Translations under genes and position numbers: made by a program
In this document: positions 53,201 through 62,084 of the stretch, piece after piece
Layout of the letters: each line of letters begins with the position of its first letter
How positions within the stretch are numbered: position 1 is the stretch's first letter
Source: a virus
Length of the DNA stretch: 64,000 nt
Strand: one strand, 5' to 3'
IMG/VR virus record: IMGVR_UViG_3300036832_001488
Coordinates: 12,915-76,914 of that record
Notes under the pieces: generated by a model
Seen by the model: only the letters and a program-made list of their open reading frames with translations
The model's database searches: none
What the model was told of the DNA's origin: nothing

Positions 53201-56200
53201 CGCGCCTATGAAATCAGCCAGGAACGTGAACAAAAGGGGACGCCCGGTGATCACGTCAGTGACTGGCATCAGGCGGAAACCGAGCTAAGAGGCGGCAAAA
53301 CGGCTCCTAAGGCTGGGCCGGAAGCGCCAGCGCCTGAAACCCCGGCCTCAAACACTCCTGACTATCATGCTCAGCTTGAGGAATTGAGAAAAAAAGGAGT
53401 CCCGGCAGGCGAAGCTCAAGCCATCGTTGAAGGGCGACAACCCAAGACCTTGGAGCAGGAACAAGGTCCGGCTCAAATGCCGGGAAAGCGCGGCGCTAAA
53501 GGGCCGATAGTGAGTAGCCCAAAGCCAGTTTGGGGTCCGGGTGCTGGAATCTTTGGTACAGCAGCTAACGCTCTTAGCCCGCCAACGCTTATCGGCGCAC
53601 AACGCACCAATGCCCTTCCGCCTAATCAAGGCCCAGAGACAGTCGGAACACTGCCGCCACCCGCGCCAAGCTATGGAGCGCCCCCGACCCGCGCTCAGCA
53701 ACCCGCTAAAACGGGCTATGGAGCGCCCCCGACCCGACAACAGCCTACCGAACAGAAAACGGGCTACGGAGCGCCCCCGACCCGCACACAACCCGAGGTT
53801 CCAAAGCCCGAGGTCAAGCCAGAACCATCACCTGCGGTTGCGCCTGCGCCTAAGAAGGCTGCGGTAGCCCCGAGCGCTGATTCACGCACCGTTACAAGCA
53901 CAGAGTTCGGCTTTGTCGACCGGGCTGCGGTTGCCGCTCATCCAGAGAAATATCCCAGCAAGAATCGCGGGTTCAGTGATTTCGGTTCTCAAGATTTATC
54001 AGGGGAGAACACAAAAGGTGTTTCTGTTCCGCCGGAAGATTTACAAGCTCACTTCGGCAACAATGCCATCTACCGCGACAAAAACGGCGCATGGCACGCT
54101 AGCCCTCGCTTCGCCCAGATGGTGAAGAACCATGACGTCATGGTCGAGGTGACAAACCCTGCTAACGGGAAAAAAGACTTGGCTCCGATTGTGGATATCG
54201 GGCCGACGAAATCGACCGGCGCTGGGTTAGACGTGCTGCACGGGACAGCCCAGTCTATCGGTTTTACCAGCGGCAAGCAGGCGCTGAGCTACCGCTTTGC
54301 CGGTGGCGAGATGCCGCAAGGCGCTCCCTATAAAGGCTACAGTAATCTAGCGGATGCCGCCGAGGCTAACGTAGGGCGCTTAAATACGGTGCAAGATCCC
54401 GGCACCAATGGTGGAGAATTAGCTTGTGCTGACGCCGTCACCCGCATCGTGCGGGGGCAAATGCATATCGATCTGCCGCGCACACTCTCGACAGCCACCT
54501 TGCACAACGAGTTAGAGGACGGTGCTAGCAAGGGTTGGTATCAGAAGGTGCCCATCAACACACCAGGGGCCATCGTAGTCAGTCCATCCCAAGGAGAGAT
54601 TCACGGCCACACCGGCATCGTGGGCAAGGATGGAAAATCGATCTATTCCAACTCCTCAAAGGATGGCAACTGGGAAAAGAACTACACCACCGAGGGCTGG
54701 CAGAATCGTTTTGGTAATAATGTCTATGCTTATTTGCCTACGGATAAAGCTCCGCAGGTTAAGCCAGGGGAGGAAGACAAATGGGCCAGTGGAGAAGGCC
54801 CGCAGGCTGGCGGCGGTGAGGGCACTGCAAGCGGTGGTGGTGGAGGAGGAGGCGGCGGTGGAGGCGCAGAAGTGCCTTACTCGCCCTTGCCACCAATGCC
54901 AGCACAAGAAGAAGAAAAGTCAGCGGCAGTGCCAGGGATGGAAGAAGCGGAGCGCGAAGGCGCTGCGACCGGCGGCGGCAGTGGCGGTTATGCGGAGGAG
55001 CCTGCGACCCACATGACTCCCTTTGCCAGCATGTACCCATTTGGGATGCCCTCAGCTGCTCAGATGCGCGCTCCCATGACTCAGGGTGAAGCCATCCAGC
55101 AATCCCAGATGGGTGCGGCCAGTACGCAAGCTCCAGCGGCCCCCGGTGGCCTCTATTACATGCGTGGCCCCAAGCTCGGTGGCATTACGCCCGAAGAAGA
55201 GGGCGGCGCACCGACAGAGTCAACTTTGGGTGAACCTAACGTTAAAGGGTTCGGCAAGCTCAAATCGCTGTTAACTCAAGGCTACGGTGCCGATAACATT
55301 ACTAAAGCCCAGAAGTTACATGCGAGCCTGCTTTCTAGCGATGATACTCGGGTTAAGAAGCAAGCTGACAATATGTTTAAAGGGGAGCACTTCCTTGCAG
55401 GCGACCCTATGCATCAGCATATGCTAGCTGAGCTGCCTGAGAATGAACGGGTGGCCCTAGCGGCGGGACAGACGGCGATTCAAAACAAAAAGCCGATGCA
55501 TCTGAGTTACATCTCGGCTCCTCCCGGTCCTGGCAAGGAATCGGCTATTACGCGGCAGTCTCGCGAAGTTAACTATGATGCTTCCAGCCCCCAGGCCCGG
55601 TTGTTAGGTCAGACCAATGGAAGGTTGGCAGGCGATTCCATGATCCCGACCGCTATCGGGATAGGCAAAAATCGGGCCAAGGGAATGGCGCAAAACTCTA
55701 GTGGTTATCTGCAGGGCATCTCGACTAGTGTAGCGGCGCACAATCACGCTAAGCTCAATGAGGCGCTTAGCGAAATGGGTCAGGAGTCGCCTTATCCAGA
55801 GCTGGGGCACGCTAAGTTCAGGAATGATCTGAGTGGCTACGTGCAGAACCTCTTAGCTGGCCATAAAGGCACTGGTAAAGGCTATCAAGCTGGCACCGCA
55901 GAATATCCGGCTAACCCAGATCGCAAATATGTTCCCTACCGGCTGAAACAGCGCGAATCCGATTTCCTGAATGCGGTTATCAACAATCAAGCCGCGCGCC
56001 ATAGTAAAGGCTATCAGGCGTTAGCTAAGGCCGGAGGCACCTTATTAAACGAAGAGGGCGAAGTTAACCCGATGCGGCGCGACATCGATGCCCATATGGC
56101 GGGCTTGCGAGGCGGCAAAGCAGAAGAGATTAAGGACGATGGCATAAAGAAAGCCGCCAATGAGCGTTGGAGTAAACAGGTACTGGAGCCGACTATCCGC

Positions 56201-58639
56201 ACTTATAACGCCGGGTTGATTCATGCCCTGCACGAGACGCCGGAGCATATCCCGACTGAGATTAGGCCAAAGGTGCCTGGATATGAGAAACTGACAGAGA
56301 CCTTGGGCCGGGAGTTAACTACTCCCAAGGGCAGACCCGACGTGCCGGTGGGCGTCCACTTCATGCCAGCGCCGCTTTCCCCCGAGGAACACAAGGAGTT
56401 AACCGGTAACATCCGCAAGCAGTTCATCTCGGGCAAGCTGCGGCCTAAAGACTATCTGGAGCGGATTGGTGAAGTGCCAGAACCCGGCGAATCACTGGGT
56501 GGGATTCATTACATGCCCATGGCGGGCAAGAAAGCGCGCGGCTTTGCCCAGGCTGAAAAAGAGGGCCGCACTTTTGAGACGCCACTACCCGGCGGAGGCC
56601 AACGTTTTGAGATTGATGACCGGGATATGAGCTTTAAGCCGCCTTCCAAGCCAGGAGTCCCAGGCCGAAACGCGTTAGAAGAACGTTACAATAGCGATAA
56701 GCGCGGCCCCGGTATCCTGCCTTTAGCTGATGCCGTCCGGCACCCGGACCTGTTCGAGAATTATCCTTTCCTACGCAGCACCAAGATCTCCATGGACCCC
56801 ACGATCCCCCACTATGGGCACTATGAGCCGCCCTGGCTGGATAAGGAGGGGAACATGCGAGGCGACCACGTAGTTTTAAAAAGTCCGACCGATAAAGAGA
56901 CTCTGGCTCACGAGGTCCAGCATGCCGTCCAGCATTACGAGAAATTCGCGGGGACCGGGACTAATCCTGATCACATCTACGCCCGGATGTATAACGATAC
57001 TGCGGTCCACGATGAACTGCGCAAACAGTGGGACGCGGCTTACCCAGAACGAGCCTCGATGTCGGAACCGGAGTTCGACCGGAATGAAAACGAACGTTTT
57101 GGCTGGATGAACCAGCGCATGAAGGAAATGGCGCACGCCATGTATCAGATGGACCCAGGCGAGATCGAGGCGCGGGCAGCAGGCAAGCGGGCCATCCGGC
57201 TGACGCCGGAACAACGCGAAGAAGCGCGCGCTGAAGTTCCTGGGTGGGAGAGAGCTGGAGGTCCCGGCGAAGAACAGCTTCGGGAGACAACGCCCAAGGA
57301 AGATGTGTTAGAGGAGATGAGAGGGGCCGTAGAGCAAGGCAGGCATGCTGGGACCGTATCAGGCTTGCCCGGTATCAGTTACATGCCCGGTGGGATCGCG
57401 AAATCCGAGGCCGCGCCCAAGAAAGTACCGGCTGGCATTCTTAAACAGATTGGCGAGCGCCCCGAGGATGAGGAACAGGGCAAACTCCATGACCGGATTA
57501 GTGAGCGCTTGGCGAGCCAGATTGAAGGAGCTATTCCGCTGCGAGCCGACCGAGGAAAGCAGGGCGAATTTAAGACTGACTCTAAGGGCAACCCGCTCTA
57601 TGAGAAGGAAAACTATGATTTGGCCAATGCCCCGATCCTAGGCAAAAAGGCTCTGGGCTTTGATGAAAAAGGTTCGGTTAATAAAGCCCCGAAGGGAACG
57701 GTTGATAAACTCGACAAAGACGATCTCAAGTACCTCAATCCGACCGACCGGCTAAGGGTCAGTCACCTCAATGAGATCAGTGCCGTCGACACGTTTGCTA
57801 AGAAGCTGGGGGACATGTACGACAGCCTTAAGGACATCCCTGAGGTGATGCACGGCAAAGACTGGTACAACGACACTGAAGGCTTGCTTAAAAAGCATTT
57901 CGGCGGCGATGCGGATCTGGTAGCGAACTTGTTAGCTGCGACCAGCGCCAACACCAACGTCAAGGTCAACTACAAGCTCGGCATGCAGGCTTATCACCAG
58001 TACCTGAGAGGGGATTTTGACCGGCACGCTGAGCTTTACAACAAGGCCTACGACCTGAAACAGAAGGGCGCACTGGCCCAGCATGTGTTGGATGCGGGCA
58101 TCCACCATGAGTTGCCTAAGACTGAAGCTGAGGCGATGGCCCGCTACATCAAGCACCATGACATTCTCCCGTCCCAGGAAAGCGGTGCGCTTTTTGGGAT
58201 GAACTCGCTTCCGGTCTTGAAAGTCCTGGCGCATACTTGGCACCAGGAAGTGGGAGGGCCCAAGACCCCGAACTATGCCGGGAACCTTTCGGGTAAGACC
58301 CTCCAGGCCACTATTGACATGTGGGCTGCGCGCACCATGCGCCGTCTGGGCTATGAAGGTCAGACTAAGAAACCATGGCTGATCCAGCCGGGAGCAGAGA
58401 CCGGCGTCACTAACCCTGACTTTGCTTTGAGCCAGCTCGCCTTCCGCAAAGCTGCCGCTGAGAAGGGTTTAGAGCCTCGGCAACTCCAGAGCATTCTCTG
58501 GTTTGCTGAACAAAAACATTACCAGAATCAAGGCTGGGAACGGGAGATTGATCCAGCGGAGCGGGACTATCGACCAAACTTAAAGAAATACGAGCGGCCT
58601 TCCTGGGCGGAACGAGAGCCTCAAGCTGAGGCAGCGTAA
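50207..58639 (+). CDS. large polyvalent (DarB/ejection-like) protein
   Basis: two HExxH motifs (HEATH, HEVQH), DUF2934-like motif, RlpA/DPBB-like and NlpC/P60-like segments, C-terminal HhH-glycosylase-like domain. Confidence 0.75.
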   Translation: MAALTQDQLDQLKAAAEKEKARAPGASTPGYALPTAPAAPDGAQPQPPPDQGQQIGRANAAAAGITTPAGPRSLESASTPGYGITTLPAPAAPDGNAPPSQTPQAQTPAQTPQDNEFSNPGTNIPAGYRAPAVKAEPTDDELNQKSADDLFPYFSTSNDVNPDRAAAFWQNKKNQELSNQSFDNNKAVLWNDLSNVWNKIVQTKGVVPNTINYFKSIVNSLGGSGDDVLQAFGNQNAIDYRQDLDGKLANNTISQQTHDQSMALVDQAQKLQDKLAFEKLSPQEQQDIKVQIAGLLTKSDSDFAQHQQTKAFQQVFTGLNLTWNKMRAVSHALDDFDNYDLNPPGFDWQKYFTGRDSAASWPTKKLAAFFSAHRPVAQAISQGESGQVPGWVKGFNQWDIDWKKRMGLLPSTAEYASPEQLAKEGSPISTQRIQDTSDISNLALQLALDPALGIENSMELASSKLLGGSAKVAGLGPPIAGLTQKLWNSGVMEPIRRGVAYYETFFQHNPMLGLAWTMGGGMANLGLGAYRRWGHLASDVLDDAAKMNFEQGGPMSLLSRGARLTSDSIVHSLPYALLNSDGDSNRFWDNLTTLAPVQFAARAIPQAGQAVGTELGDNLFGRLGEFRDTTPVDYPGPDPNLNAHSQANLQDVPRDEKNQFATLQHFQNGNTRLYLVTPEVADDYQARFGGDAQPRPYGFWVGPDRTGTGQGAAFVLKDRIKEAAGHEATHGVFFSASKEDQEALMNNALKYNDPDKFIQDHYNQKATYASLPEDAPSADPTMLSKKLVRTEMAVESLKQWFNARNAEQYTKQNPGLLRSIRMVAGSWLERIGIPTQTFKSTSEMGINPYFANGLISDGLWRKAARGYQMNPKDPSWPVGNWPLNPGDTWDTTGRPPPKTPPPTTPPPKTPPTPTTPAEGALHEQQTGMSPEVQAATGKGPTATPVDESVIQGLMKQGFTRAQAEAFAAKGTVSPVNEPPKPTEPAPPTAPPAQEEIARRAYEISQEREQKGTPGDHVSDWHQAETELRGGKTAPKAGPEAPAPETPASNTPDYHAQLEELRKKGVPAGEAQAIVEGRQPKTLEQEQGPAQMPGKRGAKGPIVSSPKPVWGPGAGIFGTAANALSPPTLIGAQRTNALPPNQGPETVGTLPPPAPSYGAPPTRAQQPAKTGYGAPPTRQQPTEQKTGYGAPPTRTQPEVPKPEVKPEPSPAVAPAPKKAAVAPSADSRTVTSTEFGFVDRAAVAAHPEKYPSKNRGFSDFGSQDLSGENTKGVSVPPEDLQAHFGNNAIYRDKNGAWHASPRFAQMVKNHDVMVEVTNPANGKKDLAPIVDIGPTKSTGAGLDVLHGTAQSIGFTSGKQALSYRFAGGEMPQGAPYKGYSNLADAAEANVGRLNTVQDPGTNGGELACADAVTRIVRGQMHIDLPRTLSTATLHNELEDGASKGWYQKVPINTPGAIVVSPSQGEIHGHTGIVGKDGKSIYSNSSKDGNWEKNYTTEGWQNRFGNNVYAYLPTDKAPQVKPGEEDKWASGEGPQAGGGEGTASGGGGGGGGGGGAEVPYSPLPPMPAQEEEKSAAVPGMEEAEREGAATGGGSGGYAEEPATHMTPFASMYPFGMPSAAQMRAPMTQGEAIQQSQMGAASTQAPAAPGGLYYMRGPKLGGITPEEEGGAPTESTLGEPNVKGFGKLKSLLTQGYGADNITKAQKLHASLLSSDDTRVKKQADNMFKGEHFLAGDPMHQHMLAELPENERVALAAGQTAIQNKKPMHLSYISAPPGPGKESAITRQSREVNYDASSPQARLLGQTNGRLAGDSMIPTAIGIGKNRAKGMAQNSSGYLQGISTSVAAHNHAKLNEALSEMGQESPYPELGHAKFRNDLSGYVQNLLAGHKGTGKGYQAGTAEYPANPDRKYVPYRLKQRESDFLNAVINNQAARHSKGYQALAKAGGTLLNEEGEVNPMRRDIDAHMAGLRGGKAEEIKDDGIKKAANERWSKQVLEPTIRTYNAGLIHALHETPEHIPTEIRPKVPGYEKLTETLGRELTTPKGRPDVPVGVHFMPAPLSPEEHKELTGNIRKQFISGKLRPKDYLERIGEVPEPGESLGGIHYMPMAGKKARGFAQAEKEGRTFETPLPGGGQRFEIDDRDMSFKPPSKPGVPGRNALEERYNSDKRGPGILPLADAVRHPDLFENYPFLRSTKISMDPTIPHYGHYEPPWLDKEGNMRGDHVVLKSPTDKETLAHEVQHAVQHYEKFAGTGTNPDHIYARMYNDTAVHDELRKQWDAAYPERASMSEPEFDRNENERFGWMNQRMKEMAHAMYQMDPGEIEARAAGKRAIRLTPEQREEARAEVPGWERAGGPGEEQLRETTPKEDVLEEMRGAVEQGRHAGTVSGLPGISYMPGGIAKSEAAPKKVPAGILKQIGERPEDEEQGKLHDRISERLASQIEGAIPLRADRGKQGEFKTDSKGNPLYEKENYDLANAPILGKKALGFDEKGSVNKAPKGTVDKLDKDDLKYLNPTDRLRVSHLNEISAVDTFAKKLGDMYDSLKDIPEVMHGKDWYNDTEGLLKKHFGGDADLVANLLAATSANTNVKVNYKLGMQAYHQYLRGDFDRHAELYNKAYDLKQKGALAQHVLDAGIHHELPKTEAEAMARYIKHHDILPSQESGALFGMNSLPVLKVLAHTWHQEVGGPKTPNYAGNLSGKTLQATIDMWAARTMRRLGYEGQTKKPWLIQPGAETGVTNPDFALSQLAFRKAAAEKGLEPRQLQSILWFAEQKHYQNQGWEREIDPAERDYRPNLKKYERPSWAEREPQAEAA
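53670..53784 (+). repeat. three in-frame 22-nt direct repeats encoding YGAPPTR
   Basis: GCTAYGGAGCGCCCCCGACCCG at 53670, 53715, 53763. Confidence 0.9.
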
Positions 58640-59093
58640 AGTCAGTTATCTTAAGTCCGTGCCGTAAGCACCACTGATGCATGCGACGGCATTCCCGACA
58701 CCACAGAAATCCCTTGCCGTTATCCATTAAATTATCACCGGCCAAGCGGTGCCCCCGTACGCAATACATGCGCTGGACGGTCATCGGATGTTTCCTGCCT
58801 TTTGCGTGAATAGAGGTGTGAAAGCCGTGAGAAACTGCGCGCAGATGATTTGGATTAACGCACCAAACATGGTCACAGACTTGATGATGAACGTCATGGC
58901 CTTCGGGAACGGGCCCGATCCAATGTTCGTAAGCAAACCGATGCGGTGTGGAAACTTTGTCGTTGTAGTAGAAGCGTCCGTGTCCTCCTTTTTCGAGAGT
59001 GTTGCGGTGGCCGATCCAAACCCAGCAGGCATCCTTTCCCGGCAGCTTGCGAGTGTATTTCCAGAACCTCTTTATTGCTGGAATTCGTACCAT
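58410..59093 (-). CDS. HNH homing endonuclease
   Basis: RFWKY..ACWVWIG..PHRFAYE..DVHHQVCDHVWCVNPNHL..YCVRGH..CREC; 3' end overlaps the polyvalent gene antisense. Confidence 0.85.
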   Translation of the reverse strand: MVRIPAIKRFWKYTRKLPGKDACWVWIGHRNTLEKGGHGRFYYNDKVSTPHRFAYEHWIGPVPEGHDVHHQVCDHVWCVNPNHLRAVSHGFHTSIHAKGRKHPMTVQRMYCVRGHRLAGDNLMDNGKGFLWCRECRRMHQWCLRHGLKITDFTLPQLEALVPPRKAARISLSLVDSPAPLDQSPVPSLDSGNVFVQQTRECSGVAEALNPSQRQLCGRRAGSKQSQG

Positions 59094-59112
59094 ACACCTG
59101 ATACTATAAATC

Positions 59113-59607
59113 ATGGCCAAGCAAGAGCAACAGCAGCAAGTTGGGATGGATGCGACGCCGGAGCAGCAAGCTTCCATGGTGCACCTGGGCAAGATGATGG
59201 GCGATCCACGCGACGATTTTGATCGGGAAGTGGAGAAGCATCTTGACTCCCTTTATCCGCACGAGGCCGGGTACCAGAAGGAGAAAGCGGCTTTAAGCGG
59301 TGGCCAAGAGCTTGGTCCTAGCGACATCGATAAGGAGCAGCTCAAACAGCAACAGGCTCAAAGCCAGACCCAGGCCGCGCAAAGTGCCGCGCAAGCTCAG
59401 CAGGCACAGGGCCAGCAAATGCCCGTAAACGCCCCACCAGCGCCCACAGGTCCGGCGGGTGTCAGTACACCTTATCCCGCGCAAAACGCGGCGCAAGGGC
59501 CTCCTAGTGCCGAAGATGTGGAGCCTCAGGTGCCTGGGGTCCAGAGTCCAGCTTCCCAGATCCAGCCTCCGCCAGCGCCGGATCAAGGTGGCCAACAAGG
59601 GGCTTGA
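59113..59607 (+). CDS. Q/P-rich hypothetical protein
   Basis: last gene before terminator. Confidence 0.6.
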   Translation: MAKQEQQQQVGMDATPEQQASMVHLGKMMGDPRDDFDREVEKHLDSLYPHEAGYQKEKAALSGGQELGPSDIDKEQLKQQQAQSQTQAAQSAAQAQQAQGQQMPVNAPPAPTGPAGVSTPYPAQNAAQGPPSAEDVEPQVPGVQSPASQIQPPPAPDQGGQQGA

Positions 59608-59659
59608 TTCCCCTAAAATTCGGTGACAGGCTCTCTGTCGATATAACGTGCTTGCATTC

Positions 59660-59703
59660 TAGTCCGGTGAGGGAGGGCTTTCTCTCACCGGGCTATTTTT
59701 TTT
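59660..59703 (+). terminator. intrinsic terminator ending the late operon
   Basis: TAGTCCGGTGAGGGA...TCTCTCACCGGGCTA followed by T8. Confidence 0.8.
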
Positions 59704-59890
59704 CGCCGCACCAACATGCTATGCCCTAAGCATGTACCCCAAAACAAAAATGCCACCGGCTAAGGTGGCAAAGGTGCGGCGTAAGTTTTGAAGCTTCAGG
59801 GCCCGTTCTTACCTTTCGGCAGATATGCCCAGTGATCCAGAAGATCAACGCCGCATTTAACTGTTTCTCTATTTCAGTTTCGGAGTCCTG

Positions 59891-60304
59891 TCAACGATTG
59901 TCTTTGCGCCACTGGCGCAGGGCATGACCCATCCGGCGGCGCTCCTGCTCACTGGCTGGAGCTTGAGCCTTTTGCCGGTCGCGGCGCGCTTCGGCCAGCT
60001 GGGCCGGTTTCTCTCTGCGGTGCTCGACCAGTCCTGGCGGCTTAGCTTGCTGAGAAGGGAGCCGGTTGTAGCGCGCCATATTGCGGATAGCTGCTTTCCA
60101 GTCGCGGACCTGCCGCGCGCCAACTTTGAATCCGTTGGATAGCCAGAAATCGTAAACCGATTCGGCGTCTTGTCGGGTGAATCCGATGCGTAAGACTTCG
60201 CTCGTGATCGCTTCTAAGGGCGGCATCCCTAGCGGGCGAGTGGTCTCAAGGGAGGCTTCGACTTCGTTAATGAACTGCTGGCCTTGGTTAATGGGCTTTT
60301 TCAT
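59891..60304 (-). CDS. phage replication-initiator-like C-terminal domain protein
   Basis: PPLEAI..AESVYDFWLSNGFKVG..VRDWKAAIRN. Confidence 0.55.
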   Translation of the reverse strand: MKKPINQGQQFINEVEASLETTRPLGMPPLEAITSEVLRIGFTRQDAESVYDFWLSNGFKVGARQVRDWKAAIRNMARYNRLPSQQAKPPGLVEHRREKPAQLAEARRDRQKAQAPASEQERRRMGHALRQWRKDNR

Positions 60305-60524
60305 CGTCTCCCCACGTATTTAACAGAGTTGGCTTTCCGGCTCTAGCTTCAGCTTTCCGCTTTGCTTCAGCTTCGCGCCATTGGCGTTTGAGACGTTGTT
60401 TCCAGCCTTTCTGCGGTGGCCATGAAATGCCCCACGCAGCCAATGTTTTTCTGGTGTAACCAGGGCCACCACGCGAAGTGCTGGCCTGCCTTATTTCCTC
60501 GGGCGAAGGAAGAATAGGTTCCAT
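60288..60524 (-). CDS. small hypothetical protein
   Basis: RKTLAAWGISWPPQKGWK motif. Confidence 0.6.
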   Translation of the reverse strand: MEPILPSPEEIRQASTSRGGPGYTRKTLAAWGISWPPQKGWKQRLKRQWREAEAKRKAEARAGKPTLLNTWGDDEKAH

Positions 60525-60935
60525 TGTGTGTTTGCATTCTTGCTGCTCCCGCAGCGTCCCTGCCCAGTCACCTTCCCAGGTGCCAGGGCAAAGCGGACCT
60601 TACCGGAGCAAGTAGAAAATCAAGATGTGAATCACACGCTTTGGTCTGCCATTCCATTTCCTTCCCAGTATGCCGAGGTTTAAATTTCTCGGTCCCTTAC
60701 CATAACCGGATACCGTTAGTGTCAGTCCGTAGAGAACGGGTGGTGCGGTTCGCTCTCTGTCTTTCCGGTTAGAGGCACCACGTTTTCCTTCGTTTCAGAA
60801 ATTTCATCCCCGAAGGATTTTCAAGTTGAGGCCGCTTGACTCAGAGCTTGCTAATGGCAGATTATCAAAGATCGTGTGATTGGCTTTATCAAAAGCCTTG
60901 GTTGAGCGGGTGTCAAGCCCGCTCAATCTTTTTCT

Positions 60936-61427
60936 ATGGAACGCTTCGACAAAGACCCGGAAGAAAAGCATGCTTTTCCCACAGAGCTGCACGAAGCCGT
61001 GAAGGACGCCTTCGGCCCGCAGTTCGCGGTCTTAGACGAGAGCGGCAACGCGGTCGAAGCCAAGCTCATGGAATGGGCGCGCTGGTTCGAACGTAACAAT
61101 GGCCAGCGGTTCATTCTCCGAGATGAGATCGAAGGGCATTGCGTCAGTACCGTCTTTACCGGCATCAACATGAATTACATGCCCGGTGCCGGAGCCATCT
61201 GGTTTGAGACCATGGTGTTTGCGCCCAGGCGCATGATGAAGATCTTTGGCCGGGAGCGGGAAACCTGGGGCGAGGAACTGTGGTGCGATAAAGCCAGGAC
61301 CAGGGCAGAGGCCGAAGCCTGTCACCGGCAGGGCTTGCGCTGGTTAGAAGACTATCTCTCTAATCGTGGTTGTGATTATGGAGCTGGATCTCCTCCTCTG
61401 GATCAACCACCATCGAGACTGCCTTAG
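60936..61427 (+). CDS. hypothetical phage protein
   Basis: EWARWFE..VSTVFTG..WFETMVF..EAEACH motif set. Confidence 0.6.
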   Translation: MERFDKDPEEKHAFPTELHEAVKDAFGPQFAVLDESGNAVEAKLMEWARWFERNNGQRFILRDEIEGHCVSTVFTGINMNYMPGAGAIWFETMVFAPRRMMKIFGRERETWGEELWCDKARTRAEAEACHRQGLRWLEDYLSNRGCDYGAGSPPLDQPPSRLP

Positions 61428-61635
61428 CCTCATCCAGTAGCTCCTTATCATCAGAGCCGTGTTTATTAGCCTCGTGCAGGAGCCGGGTAATCAGCATGGC
61501 CCGCCGGTTTAGGACGTCTAGCAAGTCTTCAATGCTCTGACGCAGTTCTTTCTCACGGTGCAGGGAGCGCAAGAGCATCCAGAGCATGAGGGCAAAGCAG
61601 ACAACATTTAGGAGCAGGAGGGCGTCAATGATCAT
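61360..61635 (-). CDS. small membrane-anchored coiled-coil protein
   Basis: N-terminal TM helix. Confidence 0.5.
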   Translation of the reverse strand: MIIDALLLLNVVCFALMLWMLLRSLHREKELRQSIEDLLDVLNRRAMLITRLLHEANKHGSDDKELLDEAKAVSMVVDPEEEIQLHNHNHD

Positions 61636-62084
61636 AAGAGGTTGTAGAGCGAGTCTTCAGCGGCAGCACGCTGGACTAGGAGGATGGCTTCCCCAGCCGA
61701 GTAAACGATGTGCCATTCAATTCCTTGGGCTTCGCAGCGTCTGCGGAATAGTTCCTGATCCTCTGAGAGGCTGCAGCCGTAATCTCGCTTGAACTCAATC
61801 CACATGGAATGCCCATTAATGCCGACCCAGAAGTCCGGCGTGCCTGGGCTAGCCTTACTGGCCGTGTGGGTGGCATGCCAGCAGAAAGGCATTTGCCAGC
61901 CCTCGGAGTTTTTTAAAAGGAGATAGTTGGCGAACTGGCCCTGTTCTTTGCGTTCCGAAGTCGAGCGCTTAGCCGAGGGATGGACGTCCAGCTTAGGGTC
62001 CGGCGCGCTCGAAAAAGCATGCTTATCCTCAGGATTCATCAAGGCGACGACGTGAGGCGGCAGTGTCTGAGGGTCCCATCCCAT
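61632..62084 (-). CDS. VRR-NUC (PD-(D/E)xK) nuclease
   Basis: SERKEQ..PGTPDF..WIEFKR..LSEDQELF. Confidence 0.8.
   Translation of the reverse strand: MGWDPQTLPPHVVALMNPEDKHAFSSAPDPKLDVHPSAKRSTSERKEQGQFANYLLLKNSEGWQMPFCWHATHTASKASPGTPDFWVGINGHSMWIEFKRDYGCSLSEDQELFRRRCEAQGIEWHIVYSAGEAILLVQRAAAEDSLYNLL

Noticed and set aside
53670-53784. CRISPR-like mini-array (22-nt repeats with 23-26-nt spacers)
   Set aside because: Periods of 45 and 48 nt are multiples of three, the repeats encode YGAPPTR inside a long ORF, the spacers resemble each other, and there is no cas gene or leader
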